Source: a virus (taxonomy: Duplodnaviria > Caudoviricetes). From it: 55,052 nucleotides of DNA. The position numbers were made by a program, and so were the translations under genes. Below, piece by piece: positions 28,012 to 37,062 of the stretch; within the stretch, counting starts at the first letter, position 1, and each line of letters opens with the position of its first letter. Where the stretch lies: positions 1 to 55,052 of IMG/VR virus record IMGVR_UViG_3300044546_001769. One strand, 5' to 3'. The notes below the pieces were generated by a model that worked only from the letters and a program-made list of their open reading frames with translations, was not told the DNA's origin and did not search any database.

Positions 28012-29717
28012 TCGTTTTTAATAAAATTACAGCAAAAAACTTTTTGAGTTTGGGTAATGTTCCAACAAGCATTCCTCTTAATAGACACAAAAATACACTT
28101 ATAGTTGGCACCAACGGGAGTGGCAAGTCAAGTCTGTGTACAGATTCTATTTGTTTTGCACTGTATGGAAAACCTTATCGAAATATTGTAAAGAATCAAC
28201 TTGTTAATTCTATCAACCAAAAAGGTCTTGAAGTTGAAATTGACTTCTCAGTTGGTCCTGTTGAATATAGAGTTAAACGTGGAATAAAACCAAATATTTT
28301 TGAGATCTATCAAGATGGAAAGTTGATTGATCAAGAGGCTGCAACAAAAGACTATCAACAGTATCTTGAGCGTCAGATCTTAAAGATTAATTTCAAAACA
28401 TTTTGCCAAGTCGTTATTCTTGGAACCGCATCCTTCGTACCTTTTATGAATCTTTCAGCGTCACAACGACGTGATGTTATTGAGGATGTTCTTGACATTG
28501 CTGTTTTTAGTGATATGAATACGGTATTGAAGAATCGTATGTCTGAACTACAAGAGGAAATAAAAGATACCAATCATCAGATTGATACAGCTAAAAAAGA
28601 AACGCTAACACAAAAGAAACTTATTCAAGTTTTAGAGGATGCTAAGAGTAGTCGCATTCAAGAGGAAGAGGTGAATATTGATACACTGATGTCTGTTATA
28701 GAACGACATCGTGAAAATATAAACGAATATAAATCCAAAATCGATCTATTGGAAAAGCCTGAGAGCGTTGACATTAAAATAATTCAACAGATTGAACGAT
28801 TAGCTGATTTGGCTGAAACTGAAATTCAATCAAATACACGAAAGTTAAATTCAATTGGCGCACTCAGCGACTGTCCAACATGCTTGCAGAGCGTTGGTAA
28901 ACAGCACAAAGCACTTCTTAAAAAGCAGTTTACGCAAATTGAAACTGAATTGACTACTCAACTATGTGATCACAAACATCAAATAAACGAACTAGATAAA
29001 AAATTATCTGCGCAAAGGGAATATGAAACAACAGTCAAATCTTATAATGATCAGATTATTCGCGAGTATGACAAGATAGCAATTCACGAAAATGAAGTTA
29101 ATAAAAAACAAAAATTAATTAATTCAATTCGCGCAGACGTTACCGATATTTCAAACGAAAAGAATAAATTAAGAACCATTGCTGATACAGCACTATCACT
29201 GCTGCAACAAAAGAATGATTTAATGGATATTCGCAATATTCAAGAACTCAGTCAAATGTTGCTAAAAGATACTGGAATTAAAGCAGCTATTATTAAAGAG
29301 TATGTGCCAATTCTAAATAAAATGATTAATAAATATCTGGCAATGTTTGGTTTTCATATTAATTTTATATTGGATGAAAATTTCAATGAGACCATTAGAT
29401 CACGCGGTCGCGATGAATTTTCATACAGCAGTTTCTCTGAAGGCGAGAAACGAAAAATCGACACTGCAATTCTTTTTGCTTTCCGTCAAATCAGCGAATT
29501 AAAGAATAGCGCTAACTGTAATTTGCTTGTACTAGATGAAGTTGGTAGCGAAAACTTTGACTTGAATGCAAAGGAATGTTTTCTTGAGATTCTTTCATCG
29601 ATAGAAGGCGGAAACAATTTTATTATTAGTCATTCATCTCCAAGTCATGAAGCATATGATTGCGTGTACAAGGTTGAAAAGCGTGGAGATTTTAGCAATA
29701 TGGAATTAATGAATTAA
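28008..29717 (+). CDS. gp46: Recombination ATPase subunit (Rad50/SbcC-like)
   Basis: Walker A GTNGSGKS, zinc hook CPTC, signature FSEGE, Walker B LVLDE. Confidence 0.96.
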   Translation: MIVFNKITAKNFLSLGNVPTSIPLNRHKNTLIVGTNGSGKSSLCTDSICFALYGKPYRNIVKNQLVNSINQKGLEVEIDFSVGPVEYRVKRGIKPNIFEIYQDGKLIDQEAATKDYQQYLERQILKINFKTFCQVVILGTASFVPFMNLSASQRRDVIEDVLDIAVFSDMNTVLKNRMSELQEEIKDTNHQIDTAKKETLTQKKLIQVLEDAKSSRIQEEEVNIDTLMSVIERHRENINEYKSKIDLLEKPESVDIKIIQQIERLADLAETEIQSNTRKLNSIGALSDCPTCLQSVGKQHKALLKKQFTQIETELTTQLCDHKHQINELDKKLSAQREYETTVKSYNDQIIREYDKIAIHENEVNKKQKLINSIRADVTDISNEKNKLRTIADTALSLLQQKNDLMDIRNIQELSQMLLKDTGIKAAIIKEYVPILNKMINKYLAMFGFHINFILDENFNETIRSRGRDEFSYSSFSEGEKRKIDTAILFAFRQISELKNSANCNLLVLDEVGSENFDLNAKECFLEILSSIEGGNNFIISHSSPSHEAYDCVYKVEKRGDFSNMELMN

Positions 29718-29730
29718 ACAAGAGGAAATT

Positions 29731-30126
29731 ATGCAGATAGAAGATTTGAAGTTTTTGCTGTCAGTAATAGATGGTTGTTATAAACTATCGTCTTCTGATA
29801 AAGAACAAATTGGCTCAGCAAGAAAATTGATTGTTGCTGAGATTGATGCGTTAATAGTAAAAACTACAACAAATAAAAAAACATTCAAAGATATACTTTC
29901 TGAACTAGAATCAAATTATCCAAAAGTCGCTGAAAAGATCAGCACGTTGTGGGGAACGTTACAATGTAGACAGTATCTTGATGACTTGTGCATTGATGAT
30001 AGATGTGATGCAAAACCACGTCTAGGTTTTCCTTTTGCAGTGCTAATGTCAATTGAAGATTTGCTAGATGCGCATGATAATGCATATCCAAATTTTGCTA
30101 TTCCAAAAAAACCATGGGATGAATGA
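29731..30126 (+). CDS. Hypothetical protein with host-like C-terminal domain
   Basis: LESNYPKVAEKISTLWGT.QCRQYLDDL.IDDR...GFPFAV motif recalled from betaproteobacterial proteins. Confidence 0.7.
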   Translation: MQIEDLKFLLSVIDGCYKLSSSDKEQIGSARKLIVAEIDALIVKTTTNKKTFKDILSELESNYPKVAEKISTLWGTLQCRQYLDDLCIDDRCDAKPRLGFPFAVLMSIEDLLDAHDNAYPNFAIPKKPWDE

Positions 30127-30145
30127 TTAACTGGTTCTACATGCA

Positions 30146-30469
30146 ATGGAAACGTTTAAACATACACCCATCATTGAACACAATTTTCATTATACGCCGT
30201 CTGATTCTGAAATCGTTTTGAATGCAATAGATATTTTAGAAGAAGTTGCTTTTAAAAAAGAATTTCTAACAGATAAACATCAAAGCCAGTGTATTAAAAC
30301 ATTGCCTAGACTGTACGAACTTGTACAAGAAATTTCTGCATTGTACGAAATGACACCTCATGACTGCAAGATTAGCGAATACTTGCAGCAATTGATCGAG
30401 TTCAAGAATGAATCCTTAGAGATGTTACGTGATGTAAACTCTTCACAGAACCTAAAAAAGTTCGCTTGA
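30146..30469 (+). CDS. Hypothetical protein
   Basis: 107 aa ORF filling the gap. Confidence 0.65.
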   Translation: METFKHTPIIEHNFHYTPSDSEIVLNAIDILEEVAFKKEFLTDKHQSQCIKTLPRLYELVQEISALYEMTPHDCKISEYLQQLIEFKNESLEMLRDVNSSQNLKKFA

Positions 30470-30471
30470 GT

Positions 30472-30501
30472 TTTACTTTTAATCCAATTTCGTGTTATAA
30501 T
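30472..30501 (+). promoter_or_regulatory. Pre-replicative promoter (repeated motif)
   Basis: TTTACT-N18-TATAAT with TGn extension. Confidence 0.8.
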
Positions 30502-30522
30502 ATCATTATTGGAGGATATGAC

Positions 30523-30702
30523 ATGTATAGTTTATTGTTTGTTTTTGCTGTTGCACTAATACTCGCAAAAGTTCTTGGACTAGTTCAAATAACTTGGACG
30601 GTTGCAGCGTTTCCGATGATTTTGTTCGTGACGCTTGTAGTTGTCATTTTTAGTGTGTTTTTCTTGATCTTCTTTATTAAATCTTTGAAAAATAAAAAAT
30701 AA
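30523..30702 (+). CDS. Small two-TM membrane protein
   Basis: SD ggagg; LILAKVLGLVQITWTVAAFPM; start re-called from 30466. Confidence 0.7.
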   Translation: MYSLLFVFAVALILAKVLGLVQITWTVAAFPMILFVTLVVVIFSVFFLIFFIKSLKNKK

Positions 30703-31493
30703 TGAAAATTGATTATTGTTCTGATTTGCATTTAGGCTTAGACGGAACATCGTCGCGAGTTCTTGAATGCTTTCCTGAACCACTTGGTGACGTATTAATT
30801 CTCGCAGGTGATATTGCAGAAGTCAGTGTATTAAAAAACAAGAACAAAGGAAAGAAAAAACAATTTTTGAATTTCTTTGAGTGGGTTAATAATAACTACA
30901 AACACGTACTGTATGTTTTTGGCAATCATGAGTTCTATGATGAATCGCTGTATCATTCTGTTAAAAATATGCGTGATATTTTTAGTAAAAAAGGATTCAA
31001 CAATGTCTATATTCTAGATAACGAATCGATTACTATTGATGGAAAGCAATTTTTTGGCGGAACAATGTGGACCAGTTGTCGAGATGGCAATCCACTTGTT
31101 TTGAATGAAGTTCAATCAAAGATGTCTGATTATCTGTATATTAAGGACAGTAATGGCGATAAAATATTGCCTGAACATACAGTTGCTCAGCACAGAACTT
31201 TTAGAAATGCTGTAGAAAAGTATCGAAGAGCAGACGTTGTTATTACACATCATGCTCCGCATAATCTTTCCATTTCTCCATTCTATAGATCGTGTAGTGG
31301 TATTAATGACGCATATTATGAAGAGCTGTTTGACTTTATTTTTGATTCAGAAATAAAAGTATGGCATCATGGTCATGTACACGACCCATGTGATTATATG
31401 ATTAAAAACACTCGTGTACTGTGCAATCCTCGTGGATACTATGGAATAGAACATGATGCATATTCATTCAAAGTAAAATCATATGAACTCTAA
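30702..31493 (+). CDS. Metallophosphoesterase (calcineurin-like)
   Basis: SDLH, AGDI, GNHEFY, THHAP, HGHVH, NPRGY. Confidence 0.92.
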   Translation: MKIDYCSDLHLGLDGTSSRVLECFPEPLGDVLILAGDIAEVSVLKNKNKGKKKQFLNFFEWVNNNYKHVLYVFGNHEFYDESLYHSVKNMRDIFSKKGFNNVYILDNESITIDGKQFFGGTMWTSCRDGNPLVLNEVQSKMSDYLYIKDSNGDKILPEHTVAQHRTFRNAVEKYRRADVVITHHAPHNLSISPFYRSCSGINDAYYEELFDFIFDSEIKVWHHGHVHDPCDYMIKNTRVLCNPRGYYGIEHDAYSFKVKSYEL

Positions 31494-31698
31494 AATCTAT
31501 TGCATTGTTTGTGATAAAGAATTAGATCATTTTGCCGAAGAAAAATGGCATCCAATAAATGCTGTTCATTTTCATTCTCATGGTCATTATGGTTCTGCTC
31601 ATTTTGATCCGATGGACGGTTCAACATTAAACATAGCAGTGTGTGACGAATGTCTTGATAAAAAGACAGAAAAAACCGAAGTAATAAAAATCATATAA
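31483..31698 (+). CDS. Small zinc-binding protein
   Basis: CIVC...GHYGSAHFD...CDEC. Confidence 0.7.
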   Translation: MNSKIYCIVCDKELDHFAEEKWHPINAVHFHSHGHYGSAHFDPMDGSTLNIAVCDECLDKKTEKTEVIKII

Positions 31699-31776
31699 GT
31701 TATTTCACGTTTCTTCTCTTTTTAATTGTTATTACTTTTTTATAATTGTTTTCTTATTATTTGGAGCATTTTCGTT

Positions 31777-31971
31777 ATGACATCAGAAGCAACTCTTGAT
31801 TTAACACCGTCTGAACCAGCAGCTTTTCAGTTTCGCGTTTGCCACAAACAGCAAGACATTGAACTTTGGTCAGATTGGGTAGTGTGTTCAGAAATTCTTT
31901 ACAATCAGTTTAAAGCACATCAAAATAATGGAGAATTCATTTATCAAGTTCGTCGACTTTTTTCAGAATGA
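31777..31971 (+). CDS. Hypothetical protein
   Basis: SD ggag; start re-called from 31726. Confidence 0.6.
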   Translation: MTSEATLDLTPSEPAAFQFRVCHKQQDIELWSDWVVCSEILYNQFKAHQNNGEFIYQVRRLFSE

Positions 31972-31973
31972 TT

Positions 31974-32003
31974 TTTACTTTTATTCAAAAGTTGTTGTAT
32001 AAT
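31974..32003 (+). promoter_or_regulatory. Pre-replicative promoter (repeated motif)
   Basis: TTTACT-N18-TATAAT. Confidence 0.8.
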
Positions 32004-32027
32004 AACTTTATTGATAGAGGATTTATT

Positions 32028-32198
32028 ATGAGAGTAGTAGAATTCAAGCAACTTGCTAGAGGATTGGATTTTGATTTTTACTATGATCGTGGACTACGTC
32101 TGTGGACTCTGCGAAAACATGAACGTACAGAGTATTTTACTCGACAAGTTCTACTTTCAATGACTGTAGAAAAATTTAAACAATCTTATTTGTACTGA
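32028..32198 (+). CDS. Hypothetical protein
   Basis: SD gagg; follows promoter; start re-called from 31968. Confidence 0.65.
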   Translation: MRVVEFKQLARGLDFDFYYDRGLRLWTLRKHERTEYFTRQVLLSMTVEKFKQSYLY

Positions 32199-32229
32199 TT
32201 TTTAATTTGTTAAAACGAGTTTGCTGTGT

Positions 32230-32304
32230 ACGGGTGAAGCTTAATTGGATAAGCAGCTGGCTTCTACCCAGTCGATAGTGCAAGTTCGAATCTTGTCACC
32301 CGTA
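32230..32304 (+). tRNA. tRNA-Arg(UCU), no encoded CCA
   Basis: Acceptor ACGGGTG/CACCCGT, D-stem GCTT/AAGC, anticodon stem GCTGG/CCAGT with loop CT-TCT-AC, T arm GCAAG-TTCGAAT-CTTGT. Confidence 0.85.
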
Positions 32305-32336
32305 CACAGCAAATTCAAACACTTCTGTAAAATATC

Positions 32337-32648
32337 ATGAAATGTTACTCTGATCTTTCTCCTGCTCAACGTAAATGGGTAGATTTGGTTGAAATTCATT
32401 TTCCTGAAATTAATGATACAATAACTTATAAGAAATTATTGGAAATGTATAATTATTTTCTTGAGCTGCGCAAACAGAATAAAAATTACAAAGTATCAAA
32501 ACCACTATGGCTTATTACTAATAATGCAATCGAACGTGGGTTGTATAAATTTCCTGGAAGAAAAATAAAAATCAAAAAAGATTTTTCAGAAATGGAAATT
32601 TTATATCATAGTGAACTGGCAGAATTTGGTATAGAACCAATAATTTAA
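32337..32648 (+). CDS. Conserved T4-like hypothetical protein
   Basis: LSPAQRKWV...PLWLITNNAIERGLYKFP. Confidence 0.7.
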   Translation: MKCYSDLSPAQRKWVDLVEIHFPEINDTITYKKLLEMYNYFLELRKQNKNYKVSKPLWLITNNAIERGLYKFPGRKIKIKKDFSEMEILYHSELAEFGIEPII

Positions 32649-32675
32649 TTTTATTTTTAATATAATGGAGTTATA

Positions 32676-32972
32676 ATGACTGTAGGTGTGAAATTTGATT
32701 CAGAAAAACCGATGATGAGTTTGTTGCCGCCTTTTGCAACTCTTGCCGTCGGTCGTGTTCTTACGATGGGTGCTAAAAAATACTCAGCTGGAAATTGGCG
32801 TCACGTTGAAAACGGACAACAACGGTATGCTGATGCAGCACTACGACATTTTTATGCATATATGTCCGGCGAAGAACGAGACCCAGAGTCTGGTGAAAAC
32901 CATATGGCACACGTAATATGTTGTGCTATGTTTATACTTGACGCCGCCGAAAGCGGCAATCCCTTGAAATGA
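32676..32972 (+). CDS. dATP/dGTP diphosphohydrolase-domain protein (DUF5664-like)
   Basis: GVKFDSEKP..SLLP...VLTMGAKKY...NW...RYADAALRH...DPESGENHMAH. Confidence 0.88.
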   Translation: MTVGVKFDSEKPMMSLLPPFATLAVGRVLTMGAKKYSAGNWRHVENGQQRYADAALRHFYAYMSGEERDPESGENHMAHVICCAMFILDAAESGNPLK

Positions 32973-33002
32973 TTCTCTTTAACTTAACTATGAAAGACGA
33001 CT

Positions 33003-33662
33003 ATGAAAATCTCTAAAGAAACTACATCCATCCTGAAAACTTTGGCTGGTATTAATACTAACCTGCTATTAAAAGCTGGCTCTAAGCTTTCAACAATTTC
33101 GCCGCTAAAAACCGTCGTTGCAGAGGTATCTGTACAAGAAACATTTTCTACAGAATTTGGCATTTACGATCTCAACGAATTTCTTGGTGTTCTTAGTCTG
33201 TTCAGCGAACCAGAACTAACGTTTAGTGATAAACAAGTCAAGATCTCAGAGAACGGCGTTAGCATTAAATATTTTGGTGCAGATCCTGGAATTCTGACTG
33301 TTCCTCAAAAAGAACTTAAATTTCCAACACCTGACGTTGAATTTGATATTCCTACATCAGTTCTTGCAATGGCAATCAAAACAGCTAGTGTATTGCGCAG
33401 TCCTGACATCAGCTTTATTGGTGATGGTACGGCTGTTACACTGCAAATTCAAGATTTAAAGAATCCTTCAAGTAATAGTTTTGATTTGAAAGTCGGTGAA
33501 ACTGATCGCACTTTTTCATCAAACTTAAAGGTCGAAAATCTCAAGATGATGAGCGGAGATTATTCTGTTGCAATTTCGGGTAAACGCATTTCACGATTCA
33601 CCAATAAAACAAATGGCGCAGTTTTTTATATTGCGCTTGAATCAACATCTTCGATTGAATAA
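33003..33662 (+). CDS. gp45: Sliding clamp
   Basis: MKISKET..ILK...IN...EFGIYDLNEFLGVLSLF...FYIALE. Confidence 0.96.
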   Translation: MKISKETTSILKTLAGINTNLLLKAGSKLSTISPLKTVVAEVSVQETFSTEFGIYDLNEFLGVLSLFSEPELTFSDKQVKISENGVSIKYFGADPGILTVPQKELKFPTPDVEFDIPTSVLAMAIKTASVLRSPDISFIGDGTAVTLQIQDLKNPSSNSFDLKVGETDRTFSSNLKVENLKMMSGDYSVAISGKRISRFTNKTNGAVFYIALESTSSIE

Positions 33663-33735
33663 GTTTGTTTTTTGTGTTATAATAGACAGTAGACTAAATT
33701 TTTAGTCAATTAATTTTTGTTATGAAAGAGCGCCT

Positions 33736-34677
33736 ATGTCCGAAGACTTAAATGCGATGGTATTCGCTGAGCATTATCGTCCTAAAACTATTGATGATTG
33801 TATTCTACCGTCTGCTACAAAGCAGATGATAAAGGATGCAGTAAGCAGCGGTTCTGTTCCACATTTTCTTTTTGCTGGAACCGCGGGCATAGGCAAGACC
33901 AGTTTGGCTAGAGCAATTTGTAATGAATTAAATGCTGATTTGCTCTACGTCAATGCTTCACTTGAGACAAGTATTGATGTAATTAGAACTAAAATTATTG
34001 GATTTTCTTCATCAGTTTCTTTGTCCGACAGCTTTAAAATTATTCTACTCGATGAGGCAGAGGGGCTGAGTCCACAAGCGTCAAATTCTCTTAAAGCTAT
34101 CTTTGAGGAATTTCCAAACGTCCGATACATTCTGACGACAAACAATCTTGCAAAGGTCATTGATCCAATAAAGAGCAGATGTGTTGTAATTGATTTTAAG
34201 ATTGATGCATCAGAAAAACCAGCTCTGGCTCTGCAAATGTTTAAACGAGTAAGCCTTATTTTAAAAGAGCGCGATATTGAATTTGATAAAAAAGTTGTTG
34301 CTGATGTAGTCAATAGGTTTTTTCCAGATTTTCGTAGAACACTTAATGAGATTCAGCGTTATTCGACTGGTGGTAAAATTGACAGCGGAATTCTATTAAG
34401 TCATAGCAAGACAAGTTATCGCGACTTGATTAAAATTCTAGCTGAAAAAGATTTTAAAGGTATGCGTCAGTGGGTTGGTGAAAATGCCGATTCTGATCCA
34501 GCAGTTCTTTTTAAAGATTTTTATGATAATGCATATGAATATTTTGAACCACAAACTATTCCAAATGTAATCTTATTGCTGTCCGATTATCAGTTTAAAG
34601 CAATTCATGCAGTTGATCCAAGTATTAATTTGGCAGCTTTTCTTGTTGAAATAATGATGCAGGTGAAATTTAAATGA
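33736..34677 (+). CDS. gp44: Clamp loader large subunit
   Basis: EHYRPKTIDDCILP, GTAGIGKT, LLDEAE, SRC, FPDFRR. Confidence 0.96.
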   Translation: MSEDLNAMVFAEHYRPKTIDDCILPSATKQMIKDAVSSGSVPHFLFAGTAGIGKTSLARAICNELNADLLYVNASLETSIDVIRTKIIGFSSSVSLSDSFKIILLDEAEGLSPQASNSLKAIFEEFPNVRYILTTNNLAKVIDPIKSRCVVIDFKIDASEKPALALQMFKRVSLILKERDIEFDKKVVADVVNRFFPDFRRTLNEIQRYSTGGKIDSGILLSHSKTSYRDLIKILAEKDFKGMRQWVGENADSDPAVLFKDFYDNAYEYFEPQTIPNVILLLSDYQFKAIHAVDPSINLAAFLVEIMMQVKFK

Positions 34678-34961
34678 ACGAAATATTTTTATTATTGGTA
34701 ACCGCATTTGCTTCTTTTATTGGTGGTTGTTTTTATGGACTGAATATCAACGTCTGTAGTCAAGTGCGAGAAATTGCAAAATCTTTGCCTGTGAATATTG
34801 TTGCTGAAGAAATAAATTCAACGACCTGGGTTGGTCGACTTATGTCAACACATGAGTTTATATGCCAAGCAGGAGATTATGACACGCTTATTCAGATGTT
34901 GTATGAAAAGTTTCCTAACCGACAAATCGTTGTTACTGCTGTAGAGGTTGTGCAAGAATGA
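34674..34961 (+). CDS. Hypothetical N-terminal TM protein between gp44 and gp62
   Basis: ATGA overlaps on both sides; hydrophobic N-terminus. Confidence 0.7.
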   Translation: MNEIFLLLVTAFASFIGGCFYGLNINVCSQVREIAKSLPVNIVAEEINSTTWVGRLMSTHEFICQAGDYDTLIQMLYEKFPNRQIVVTAVEVVQE

Positions 34962-35341
34962 GTTTTTTTGACATTCAAAACAATCTAACAAGCAGCAATG
35001 AATATATTTTCAACGATGAAACATCAAAGGATTATTTGCCTTTTATGATCAATCGCGGAATGAGTAATTTTATTGATTGTGTTATGCACGCGAATGAAAT
35101 GAATCTTCGTTCAAACTTGACGACTAAACAGCAATATGATTATTATCACCATGCTATAACGCCAAAGAAGAAGCGTTTTGCAAAATGGCACAAGCCAGCA
35201 AAGGACGAAACAACCTCACTGATAAGTGAGTACTATAAGTGCAGCATTTCCCTAGCTGAGCAGTATGCCGCACTGTTAAACACTGAGCAACTTGCGCTGA
35301 TTAAATCAAAGCTTGATAAAGGTGGAAAACGCAGTCAATAA
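34958..35341 (+). CDS. gp62: Clamp loader small subunit
   Basis: YLPFMINRGMS.F.DCVMHANEMN...QYDYY...KKRFAKW...KGG. Confidence 0.93.
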   Translation: MSFFDIQNNLTSSNEYIFNDETSKDYLPFMINRGMSNFIDCVMHANEMNLRSNLTTKQQYDYYHHAITPKKKRFAKWHKPAKDETTSLISEYYKCSISLAEQYAALLNTEQLALIKSKLDKGGKRSQ

Positions 35342-35378
35342 ATAAATCCGTCAAAACAAATTTAAAATAATAAAAATT

Positions 35379-35825
35379 ATGAACGGAAATATTGCTCTTC
35401 CAACTGATACATATAATTGGACAATTGATTCTATTCTTGAAATCAAATTGCCAAATCCTGATGCGTTTTTAAAAATACGTGAAACATTAACACGTATTGG
35501 AGTTGCTTCAAAACAAGAAAAAACTCTTTGGCAGTCCGTACATATTTTACACAAGCGTGGAAATTATTATCTACTCCATTTTAAAGAATTTTTTGGTATT
35601 GATAATAGGGATGCTTATATTACTGTAGAAGATATATGCAGACGTAATACTATTGCAAAATTACTAGAGCAATGGGGTCTTTGTACAATTGTTACAAAAG
35701 AAACATTAATGACAACAAACATGAACAATATTAAGATTGTTCCGTACAAAGAAAAAGGTGATTGGCAGCTAAAGGCAAAATATACTATGAGAAGCCAGCG
35801 TCAATCAGAACAGCATAGCAATTAA
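35379..35825 (+). CDS. regA: Translational repressor RegA
   Basis: PDAFLKIRETLTRIGVAS...LWQSVHILHKRG.YYLLHFKEFF...RRNTIAKLLEQWGL. Confidence 0.96.
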   Translation: MNGNIALPTDTYNWTIDSILEIKLPNPDAFLKIRETLTRIGVASKQEKTLWQSVHILHKRGNYYLLHFKEFFGIDNRDAYITVEDICRRNTIAKLLEQWGLCTIVTKETLMTTNMNNIKIVPYKEKGDWQLKAKYTMRSQRQSEQHSN

Positions 35826-35843
35826 ACAGAAAGTTAAATACAG

Positions 35844-35945
35844 ATGAAAAAATTATTATCATTTTATGGTGATTTAAAAATGCTTGTAGAAGTTTTACGT
35901 AAACTTCCAAAAGCAATTTTTCTTCCAAATAAAGACGTAAAGTAA
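35844..35945 (+). CDS. Possible 33-aa peptide
   Basis: MKKLLSFYGDLKMLVEVLRKLPKAIFLPNKDVK; weak SD. Confidence 0.3.
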   Translation: MKKLLSFYGDLKMLVEVLRKLPKAIFLPNKDVK

Positions 35946-35953
35946 AATTTTTA

Positions 35954-36065
35954 GACTGCAGCATTTGCTGGGTCAAACTGAATTTCCAGGCGGTCTGGAA
36001 ATAACAAGGTGCTTTTTGGCCTTGTTTTAATTTTGTGTCGAAAGAGCAAATAGGAGCTTTAAATG
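35954..36065 (+). ncRNA. Structured 5' leader of hsp20 (candidate RNA thermometer)
   Basis: Four consecutive hairpins, including atttccag/ctggaaat and aacaagg/ccttgtt, ending at SD aggag. Confidence 0.55.
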
Positions 36066-36467
36066 AGTTATATTCTTGATCAAATCTATCGCGATTTTTT
36101 TAATGTTGGCGGTAATATAAAGGATGGGTTTCCATTCTACAATCTTGTAAAAAAAGACGAAAAAACATTTGAAATTCGTCTTGCATTGGCTGGTTACAAT
36201 ATGTCTAACATCGAGGTATTGGTTGATGGAGAGCATCTTGTTATTTCTAGTGCAGGTATTGACGAACGTTCAGAAACATTTGTTCATAAAGGCTATACAG
36301 GAAAACCGTTTGTAAAAAAATTCATTTTGAATTCTGAAGCTGAAGTAAAAGGCGCAGATTTTCAAGACGGTGTTTTGACTGTTTTTGTAGAACGTATTGT
36401 ACCAGAAAAAAACAAAGTACGACAAATTAAAATTAACGGTTTAAAACCTGAAATTCTTAACGGATAA
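36063..36467 (+). CDS. hsp20: Small heat shock protein (Hsp20/IbpA family)
   Basis: FPFYNLVK...EIRLALAGY...FVHKG...F..KFIL...VKGADFQDGVLTVFVERIVPE. Confidence 0.93.
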   Translation: MSYILDQIYRDFFNVGGNIKDGFPFYNLVKKDEKTFEIRLALAGYNMSNIEVLVDGEHLVISSAGIDERSETFVHKGYTGKPFVKKFILNSEAEVKGADFQDGVLTVFVERIVPEKNKVRQIKINGLKPEILNG

Positions 36468-36470
36468 ATT

Positions 36471-36686
36471 ATGACAACAATCGAACGCCTGGCAGTATTT
36501 CCTTTTATCGATTTGGGCGACTGGATATTCAGGTGTTCGATATCCAACAAAACAAATATTATGATATTAGCATTCTGCAAAGATACAAGTATCAAGAACA
36601 GAATGCTCTTGCGATTTTTTTCAGATGCCGAAATAGCAAATGCATGGGTTGAAGAATGCAATGCTGGCAAACACATCGAAGATTAA
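36471..36686 (+). CDS. Hypothetical protein
   Basis: 71 aa ORF directly after hsp20. Confidence 0.65.
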   Translation: MTTIERLAVFPFIDLGDWIFRCSISNKTNIMILAFCKDTSIKNRMLLRFFSDAEIANAWVEECNAGKHIED

Positions 36687-36687
36687 T

Positions 36688-36716
36688 TTTACTTTTATTG
36701 TTTCTTGTGTTATAAT
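36688..36716 (+). promoter_or_regulatory. Pre-replicative promoter (repeated motif)
   Basis: TTTACT-N17-TATAAT with TGTGT. Confidence 0.8.
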
Positions 36717-36747
36717 TACTCTATCGTAATTAATAACGGAATTGCAA

Positions 36748-37032
36748 ATGAACTTCCAAAAAATCGAGTGGACCTTAGAAAAAATCGTATCTAACAACGG
36801 ACATGTTTGGATGTACGAGCTTTCGAAAGAAGTACAGTCGTTGGTTGGTAGAAATGTGGCGACTGTTAGTGGTCCACCACCCGAATATGGGAATACTGTA
36901 CCAACAGAGAATAATTCCAAAACTGGTATAATAGAGTTGGTAGAATACAGGAATTCGGAAACATATTTCCTTGTACGTCGCTCAAATGGACAAGCTGATT
37001 GGCGTGCTTCTTACAACACATATTTGGTTTAA
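36748..37032 (+). CDS. Hypothetical protein
   Basis: ATG start after promoter. Confidence 0.65.
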   Translation: MNFQKIEWTLEKIVSNNGHVWMYELSKEVQSLVGRNVATVSGPPPEYGNTVPTENNSKTGIIELVEYRNSETYFLVRRSNGQADWRASYNTYLV

Positions 37033-37062
37033 TAACCAAACGTCAAAAGTTAGAGAACAATT

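Noticed and set aside
32261-32267. Reading the tRNA as an amber suppressor (CTA) implying stop-codon recoding
   Set aside because: The 7-nt loop CTTCTAC centres on TCT; core genes are intact in the standard code and TAG ends genes (e.g. 47064)
32676-32972. Evidence for a Z-base or deazaguanine genome
   Set aside because: No purZ, datZ, que or dpdA genes in the window; the domain alone is insufficient
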